This document shows, piece by piece, positions 58,363-64,000 of a DNA stretch of 64,000 nt. The DNA lies in NCBI GenBank assembly GCA_028278025.1, contig JANQFE010000054.1, positions 4,160 to 68,159 on the forward strand, written 5' to 3'. The notes beneath the pieces are model-generated. The model saw only the letters and a program-made list of their open reading frames with translations, was not told the DNA's origin and made no database searches. Source of the stretch: Thermodesulfobacteriota bacterium. Lineage in GTDB: Bacteria > Desulfobacterota > WTBG01 > CAIYCZ01 > CAIRTM01. The stretch's first letter is position 1. Each line of letters begins with the position of its first letter. Both the position numbers and the translations under genes were made by a program.

Positions 58363-59291
58363 ACAATGGATCATACAGCCGATTGCAGCAGGTTTTGTCA
58401 AAAGGTGATTTTGCCGTTACCGCTGAGTGCGGGCCACCCCGCGGAACAGATGCCGGGATTATCCAAAAAAAATGCAGTTTGTTAAAAGACTGTGTTGATG
58501 CTGTTAACGTAACCGATAACCAGACTGCTATTGTACGGATGTCAAGTATTGCGGCCTGTGTCCATCTTCTGCAGAACGGCATTGAACCGGTTATGCAGAT
58601 GGTAACCAGGGACCGCAACCGCATTGCACTGCAATCGGATATTATGGGGGCGTTTTCACTGGGCATCACCAATATCCTCTGCCTGACCGGTGACCACCAG
58701 TCTTTTGGCAGTCAGCCGGATGCACTGAATGTTTTTGATATTGACTCAATGAACCTTATCCATGCTCTGCGGGATATGCGTGACAGCGGGACCGATATGA
58801 GCGGATACAAGCTTTCTGAACCTCCCAAAATGTTTATCGGCGCGGCTGCCAATCCTTTTGCCGATCCGTTTGAATACCGTGTGTTGCGCCTTGCCAAAAA
58901 AATCGATGCGGGTGTGGATTTTATCCAGACCCAGTGTGTGTACAATACAAAACGGTTTTGGGAATGGATAAAAATGGCCCGTGATGAAGGCCTGGCCGAA
59001 AAGGTTCACATCATTGCAGGGGTTACCCCCTTGAAATCAGCAGCAATGGCTAAATACATGGCCGGCAAGGTCGCCGGAATGGATGTGCCTGATGAAATCA
59101 TTAAAAGAATGGAAGGAGTACCCAAGAAGAAAGCTGCTGAAGAGGGTATTAAGATATGCCTGGAGACTATTTCCTTCCTGCGTGAAATTAGCGATGTCCA
59201 CGGCGTACACATTATGGCCATTGAATGGGAAGAGAAGGTACAGGAAATTGTAGAAGCTGCCGGACTGCTACCGCGTCCTCAGCTTACATAA
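58359..59291 (+). CDS. metF: 5,10-methylenetetrahydrofolate reductase
   Basis: TIM-barrel MTHFR pattern (…VTAECGPP…, …VNVTDN…, …LCLTGD…) of the acetogen/SRB type. Confidence 0.8.
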   Translation: MNNGSYSRLQQVLSKGDFAVTAECGPPRGTDAGIIQKKCSLLKDCVDAVNVTDNQTAIVRMSSIAACVHLLQNGIEPVMQMVTRDRNRIALQSDIMGAFSLGITNILCLTGDHQSFGSQPDALNVFDIDSMNLIHALRDMRDSGTDMSGYKLSEPPKMFIGAAANPFADPFEYRVLRLAKKIDAGVDFIQTQCVYNTKRFWEWIKMARDEGLAEKVHIIAGVTPLKSAAMAKYMAGKVAGMDVPDEIIKRMEGVPKKKAAEEGIKICLETISFLREISDVHGVHIMAIEWEEKVQEIVEAAGLLPRPQLT

Positions 59292-59369
59292 ACATTGGTT
59301 TTTATTCTAACAATATTCTGGTGTATAACAGCACACCGGTTAAACAGCATATAGAGTCTGGAGGCTTGC

Positions 59370-60782
59370 GTGCCAAAGAAGTATCACATACCTGTTGAAA
59401 ATACCCCGCCGCGTTTTCTGGTGGTGGGCAAATATGCCACCCTAGAGTTTCGCGAAGACTGTGCCGGAAGCTGTCGCGAATGCGTTAAGAAAAAATGCGT
59501 CTATGATATCTTCAAAGAAAACCAGCAGCATATCAGCTCTATGGACGAGCCTGAATATCTTTACACATGCATGAGCTGCTTTCGCTGTGTTCAGGAGTGT
59601 ACCAAGGGTATTTTTTCACGTGTAATTAACCCTGATTACCGCAGCCTTGGTGATGATTACTGGCATGCCGACATTATCAGCCGCACCTGGTACCAGGCAC
59701 ATACCGGCAAGATACCTGTATCCGGTGCAGGATATCGCGGGCCTTTTGTTGGTAAAGGGTTTGACTCCATGTGGACTGACATGTCAGAGATTGTGCGCCC
59801 CACCCGGGACGGGATTCACGGTCGTGAATACATAAACACCTCCATTGAGCTCTCCCGCAGGTTAACCCGTCTGCAGTTTAATGAAGATATGAGCATTGCT
59901 TCAAAACTACCGCCGATTATGGAAATACCTCTGCCGCTGCTGTTTCAGCTGCCTGATTTCGGTGTTCTGGGTCAGGGAGTAGCAGAATCAATCGCACGTG
60001 CTGCGCACAGGCTGGGTACGTTGCTGTTCATCAGACCCGAACAATACAGTGATGCCCTGTCTGCCTATACTGACAGTCTCATCCCGTGCCTTACTAAAGA
60101 CAACTATACAGAGCATCCCAGTCTTATTAAACAGAGTCGCATGATCGAACTGGAATACAAAACCGGAATCGGCCAGGAAATTTCTGCTGTGCGTGCTATC
60201 AACCCCGATGTGATTGTATCCGTGGGCATTCCGCTTAATAGTCGTGCTGCAGAGCGTGCTGTTGTGCTGACCCAGGATGATGTGGATACGCTGCATTTCT
60301 ACGCGGACAATCACGGCAATGAACTGGGTAGTGACGATCCCCGCTTTCTGAAAGAAATGATCAGAGAAATTCATCTCAGGCTGGTAAAGGGATTGATACG
60401 CCAGAAGGTAAAACTTATCTTTTCAGGCGGTATTGCCATGGCAGAGCACATGGCCAAGTCAATTATCTGTGGTGCTGATGGTGCCTCAATTGATATACCG
60501 CTTCTGATAGCGCTGGAGTGCCAGGTATGCTACCGCTGCAAAAAAGACCAGCCCTGTCCTGTCAGTCTTGAAGAGGTAGAGCCCGAATGGGGCAGTAAGC
60601 GTATCATGAACCTCATGGGTGCCTGGCGCAATCAGCTCCTGGAGGTTATGGGGGCTATGGGCATCCGTGAGGCCCGCAGGCTGTGCGGCGAGGTCGGCCG
60701 TTCCATGTGGTTTGAAGACCTTGAAAAAGAATGCTTTGGGCCGTTGTTTGGAGAACGCAAGGTAAAAGGACTGGGATGCTAG
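59370..60782 (+). CDS. Ferredoxin-fused GltB-domain-2-like (glutamate-synthase FMN-domain-related) protein, divergent/degenerate copy
   Basis: N-terminal Cys clusters (CAGSCRECVKKKC…CMSCFRCVQEC). The C-terminus is colinear with the next gene (IFSGGIAMAEHMAKSIICGADGASID…ECQVCYRCK) but lacks a clear DGxxGGTGA FMN loop. Confidence 0.55.
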   Translation: MPKKYHIPVENTPPRFLVVGKYATLEFREDCAGSCRECVKKKCVYDIFKENQQHISSMDEPEYLYTCMSCFRCVQECTKGIFSRVINPDYRSLGDDYWHADIISRTWYQAHTGKIPVSGAGYRGPFVGKGFDSMWTDMSEIVRPTRDGIHGREYINTSIELSRRLTRLQFNEDMSIASKLPPIMEIPLPLLFQLPDFGVLGQGVAESIARAAHRLGTLLFIRPEQYSDALSAYTDSLIPCLTKDNYTEHPSLIKQSRMIELEYKTGIGQEISAVRAINPDVIVSVGIPLNSRAAERAVVLTQDDVDTLHFYADNHGNELGSDDPRFLKEMIREIHLRLVKGLIRQKVKLIFSGGIAMAEHMAKSIICGADGASIDIPLLIALECQVCYRCKKDQPCPVSLEEVEPEWGSKRIMNLMGAWRNQLLEVMGAMGIREARRLCGEVGRSMWFEDLEKECFGPLFGERKVKGLGC

Positions 60783-60888
60783 ATTCGTAACTCGTGATTG
60801 GTGATTAGTATTCAAACTAAACAAAACACTAAACACAATTATTACTGTAACACTTTAAGTCCTCAATAGAGCAACTGGGATTATTCAT

Positions 60889-62433
60889 ATGACAGACAAG
60901 AAAACAACATTGCCTTTGACAGCCGAAACGCCTTCACGATTTCGCAATACCATCGGGAAGTATATAATCAGGCGCAATTCCCGCTGCACATCCTGTGGGC
61001 TGTGTGCTAAACTGTGTCCTTACGGTGTGCATCCCCGCTACGATAATTACGCGAAGCCGATGCGCCCACAAACTCATAAATGCGTCGGTTTTGCCTGCAA
61101 AGATAATGATTACTACTGTGTTGATCGCTGCCCTGAAAAAGCCCTGAGTCTCAGGCTTAATCCAATCATGGAAACACTTGGCGATTACCGCTGGACAACA
61201 GAGATGATTTTGGGTCACTGGGCCATGGCAGAATCCGGTGAGCTTCCGGTTGTCGACCTGGAATACAGCCTTGGCAACAGCGGCGGTGGCTTTGACAAGA
61301 TACGCTTCAAAAAGGCCCCTAAAAAAGATCGCTTGGACATATCCGATGAGGAAATTGACACAAGCATCATCCTGAACAAACGCGGTGACGGCAGGCCCGA
61401 GAAAAAAATTTCAATACCCTGCTACGGCGGCGGCATGTCCTACGGTTCAACCGCTCTGCCGGTTATTATTGGCCGTGCCCGGGCCGCCAAACGACTCAAT
61501 ACCCTGACCTGCACCGGAGAGGGCGGCTATCCTGAAGAGCTTGTTCCGTATAAAGATCATGTTATTACCCAGATGGCTACGGGTCTTTTTGGCGTACGTG
61601 AAGAAACAATTCAGCATGCTCCTGTTCTTGAGTTCAAGTATGCTCAGGGTGCCAAACCCGGTCTGGGCGGCCATCTGCTTGGTGACAAAGTAACACCAGA
61701 GGTGGCTGCCATGCGCGAGACCGTGGTCGGCAATGCCCTTTTTTCTCCTTTTCCGTTTCATAGCGTTTACTCGGTTGAGGATCACAAAAAACATGTTGAT
61801 TGGGTTAAACAGGTGAACCCGCGCCTGCTGGCATCGGTAAAGGTTTCAACACCTACCGATGTTGACATGGTCGCTGTGGGCAGCTATTATGCCGGCGCTC
61901 ATATTGTGCATATCGACGGCAGCTACGGCGGCACTGGTGCCGCGCCGGACATTGCTAAAAAAAATATTGCTATGCCTATTGAATATGCCATCCCGAAAGT
62001 ACATCGATTTTTGCTGGATGAAGGCGTACGCGACAACATAACTCTGATTGCCAGCGGCGGTATTCGCAATGCCATGGACGTAGCCAAAGCCATAGCGCTT
62101 GGAGCAGACGGGGTGGTAATCGGTACTGCGGAAATGGTAGCAATGGAATGTGTTCGCTGCGGCAACTGTGAAAGCGGTCGCGGCTGCGCGCGCGGCATAG
62201 CATCAACCGATTCCGAGTTGGGCTACATCATCACCCAGGAGTGGACTGAACAGCGCATTGTCAATATGTATATGGCCTGGAGAAAGCAGTGGTGCAATCT
62301 GCTGCGCAGCTTCGGCATGCGCTCTATCAGGGAACTTGTAGGCCGTTCTGATCTGCTTGTGCACCTTGATTATCTTGAGGAGAAAGAAAGGTCCCGCTAT
62401 CAGCCGGCACCAAGTGAAGCCCTAATACTATGA
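60889..62433 (+). CDS. Glutamate synthase FMN-binding domain protein (GltB domain 2) with N-terminal ferredoxin-type cysteines, archaeal split-GOGAT type
   Basis: CTSCGLCAKLCP … CYGGGMSYGS … CTGEGG … QGAKPGLGGHLLGDKVT … HIDGSYGGTGAAP … ASGGIRNAMDVAKAIALGADGV are canonical GltB FMN-domain motifs. Confidence 0.75.
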   Translation: MTDKKTTLPLTAETPSRFRNTIGKYIIRRNSRCTSCGLCAKLCPYGVHPRYDNYAKPMRPQTHKCVGFACKDNDYYCVDRCPEKALSLRLNPIMETLGDYRWTTEMILGHWAMAESGELPVVDLEYSLGNSGGGFDKIRFKKAPKKDRLDISDEEIDTSIILNKRGDGRPEKKISIPCYGGGMSYGSTALPVIIGRARAAKRLNTLTCTGEGGYPEELVPYKDHVITQMATGLFGVREETIQHAPVLEFKYAQGAKPGLGGHLLGDKVTPEVAAMRETVVGNALFSPFPFHSVYSVEDHKKHVDWVKQVNPRLLASVKVSTPTDVDMVAVGSYYAGAHIVHIDGSYGGTGAAPDIAKKNIAMPIEYAIPKVHRFLLDEGVRDNITLIASGGIRNAMDVAKAIALGADGVVIGTAEMVAMECVRCGNCESGRGCARGIASTDSELGYIITQEWTEQRIVNMYMAWRKQWCNLLRSFGMRSIRELVGRSDLLVHLDYLEEKERSRYQPAPSEALIL

Positions 62434-62467
62434 TCTAACAACGATTATACCCGTACCAGAGGAATAT

Positions 62468-64000
62468 ATGCAGCACAATCATGATGCCCTCATTGAGACA
62501 ATTTTAAAATCCAGAGCAAAACTGCCCCGTAGCGCTGTGCCGATGAACAAAGCCGCTGAGGAAGGCGGTTGCGGTGTGACCGGCTTTATCGCGTCCATCC
62601 CGGTAGCAGGCCGTCATATTTTCGAGCCTTCCGTGCAGATGCACAACCGGGGTAACGGCAAAGGCGGCGGTATTGCTGCTGTTGGGCTATCCGCCAAGGA
62701 TTTAGGGGTAACCCAGGATATTCTGGATTCACATTATCTGCTGCAGATTGCCCTGCTTGACCCGAAATCACTGCCTGAAATTGAATCTACATTTATCGAT
62801 CCCCTTTTTGAAGTGCACAAGGCCCAGCAGCTTCAAACCGTTGATGATTTTAGAGATATTGACGGTCTGGATGTAAAGCCTCCTGATGTTCAGCGCTATT
62901 TTGTCAGAGTCAAAAAAGGTTTTTTGGACCAATACATTGAAGATAATAATCTCTACAAGATGGATCCTCGTAAGATTGAGGATGAGCTTGTATATCAGAA
63001 CTCTATCCGTATAAACCAGCAGTTTTATGCCTCTTTGGGAGAAAAACAGGCTTTTGTACTGTCCCACGGCCGCAATATCATGATCCTGAAGATTGTCGGC
63101 TATGCTGAAAAAGTCGTACAGTATTACTGTATGGACGATTTCAAGGCCCACGGCTGGATTGCACACCAGCGCTACCCCACCAAAGGCCGCGTGTGGCATC
63201 CTGGCGGTGCCCATCCTTTTATCGGTATGGATGAAGCTCTGGTGCATAACGGTGATTTTGCCAACTATCATGCGGTCAGTGAATATCTGCAGGAGCATAA
63301 TATCTTTCCGCAGTTTTTAACCGACACAGAAGTATCGGCCCTGCTGCTTGACCTGTATAACCGCACCTTTGAGTATCCACTTGAATATATTATCGAGGCC
63401 CTGGCCCCTACAACCGAACACGATTTTGATCTGCTGCCTTCTGAAAAACAGCAGGCATACCGCTATATACAGGCCGGCCATACCCAGGGCGCTCCCGATG
63501 GTCCCTGGTTTTTTATCATTGCCCGCAATAACCCTTATAAAAACTATTTCCAGTTAATCGGCATCACCGACACTGCCATGCTGCGCCCCCAGGTTTTTGC
63601 TCTGCAGGAGGGCGAGGTGCAGATTGGCCTCATCTGCTCTGAAAAACAGGCTATTGATGCCACGCTGCAAAGCCTGTCTGCAGAAGACAGCCGCTTTTGC
63701 CCGATAGCCGATAAATACTGGAATGCCCGCGGCGGCAGCGCTACTGACGGCGGATCATTTATCTTTACGGTAAAAGACTCTGATGCTCGGGACGGCACCA
63801 AGGATCTCGTTTGCACAAATAAGTTCGGTGATGTTGTCAAAACCATGGGCAACCAGACCCATTATACGGTTACACCTGAGCTGCGTATACCGTCAAAACC
63901 CGACGTTATCGCAGAGACAATTCTGGACGGCCTTTCCATGGCAGACATCTCGGATTTCAAAGACTACTGTATCAAGAATCTGGCTATCTGGGATTACGAT
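62468..64000 (+). CDS. Class-II glutamine amidotransferase domain protein (GltB domain 1), 3' end beyond window
   Basis: ATG after GAGGA. GGCGVTGFIAS contains the N-terminal nucleophile Cys of Ntn-type amidotransferases. The frame stays open to the window end (511 codons). It is not in the ORF track because it has no stop. Confidence 0.65.
   Translation, partial: MQHNHDALIETILKSRAKLPRSAVPMNKAAEEGGCGVTGFIASIPVAGRHIFEPSVQMHNRGNGKGGGIAAVGLSAKDLGVTQDILDSHYLLQIALLDPKSLPEIESTFIDPLFEVHKAQQLQTVDDFRDIDGLDVKPPDVQRYFVRVKKGFLDQYIEDNNLYKMDPRKIEDELVYQNSIRINQQFYASLGEKQAFVLSHGRNIMILKIVGYAEKVVQYYCMDDFKAHGWIAHQRYPTKGRVWHPGGAHPFIGMDEALVHNGDFANYHAVSEYLQEHNIFPQFLTDTEVSALLLDLYNRTFEYPLEYIIEALAPTTEHDFDLLPSEKQQAYRYIQAGHTQGAPDGPWFFIIARNNPYKNYFQLIGITDTAMLRPQVFALQEGEVQIGLICSEKQAIDATLQSLSAEDSRFCPIADKYWNARGGSATDGGSFIFTVKDSDARDGTKDLVCTNKFGDVVKTMGNQTHYTVTPELRIPSKPDVIAETILDGLSMADISDFKDYCIKNLAIWDYD

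Noticed and set aside
62768-63298. 176-aa minus-strand ORF
   Set aside because: Antisense to the open, well-supported class-II amidotransferase frame (62468..>64000).
1-64000. tRNA, rRNA, CRISPR arrays, IS elements
   Set aside because: Visual scanning found no tRNA-like T-arm/acceptor signatures (e.g. GGTTCGAATCC), no rRNA-like conserved blocks, no regularly spaced direct repeats and no transposase-like ORFs.

Overview
The window is a 64-kb chromosomal segment that looks like an anaerobic, deltaproteobacterial (Desulfobacterota-like) sulfate-reducer or syntroph genome. Overall GC is mid-40s to 50 %, coding density is high, and genes are often joined by 4- to 14-nt overlaps. I found no rRNA, tRNA, CRISPR array or obvious IS element or transposase. 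In the ORF-track proteins, 'M' is also printed for TTG/GTG starts, and several starts were re-placed from RBS position and overlap pattern. From start to end the recognisable content is: (1) a membrane Fe-S oxidoreductase-EtfA(ferredoxin-fused)-EtfB operon. (2) mtnA-gatB. (3) an HD-GYP protein. (4) a lipid-trafficking trio: MlaA-like lipoprotein, MlaC-like protein, MMPL/RND exporter. (5) two paralogous Isf-like flavoproteins flanking a hypothetical gene. (6) cspA, a hybrid REC-histidine kinase, a ferredoxin and two DUF169 proteins. (7) a radical-SAM gene followed by comE-comD-comB-comA homologues (sulfoacetaldehyde / coenzyme-M-type pathway) and queH. (8) a low-GC islet carrying an excisionase-type HTH gene and a FlaG-like gene. 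(9) manC-otsB-histidine phosphatase. (10) an NtrY-like sensor kinase next to an NtrX-like response regulator (REC + degenerate sigma54 AAA+ + Fis HTH) fused in frame to a complete LpxC. (11) rpmH-rnpA-yidD-yidC-jag-mnmE. (12) a GT2 polyprenyl-phosphate glycosyltransferase, an AglB/PglB-type oligosaccharyltransferase (WWDHGY motif) and a geranylgeranyl-reductase-family flavoprotein. (13) three paralogous large secreted proteins, a small secreted CxxCH/PNPOx-like protein and a TetR regulator flanked by two copies of an 18-22-bp perfect palindrome. (14) an NtrC-type sigma54 regulator with a PAS histidine kinase, and an SGNH hydrolase. (15) mvhD-metV-metF followed by tandem ferredoxin-fused GltB-FMN-domain proteins and a class-II amidotransferase (archaeal-type split glutamate synthase). 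The most unusual items are the NtrX-LpxC fusion, the bacterial comABDE cluster with an adjacent radical-SAM gene, the N-glycosylation-like module, and the TetR-controlled family of large secreted, possibly chelatase-fold, proteins.
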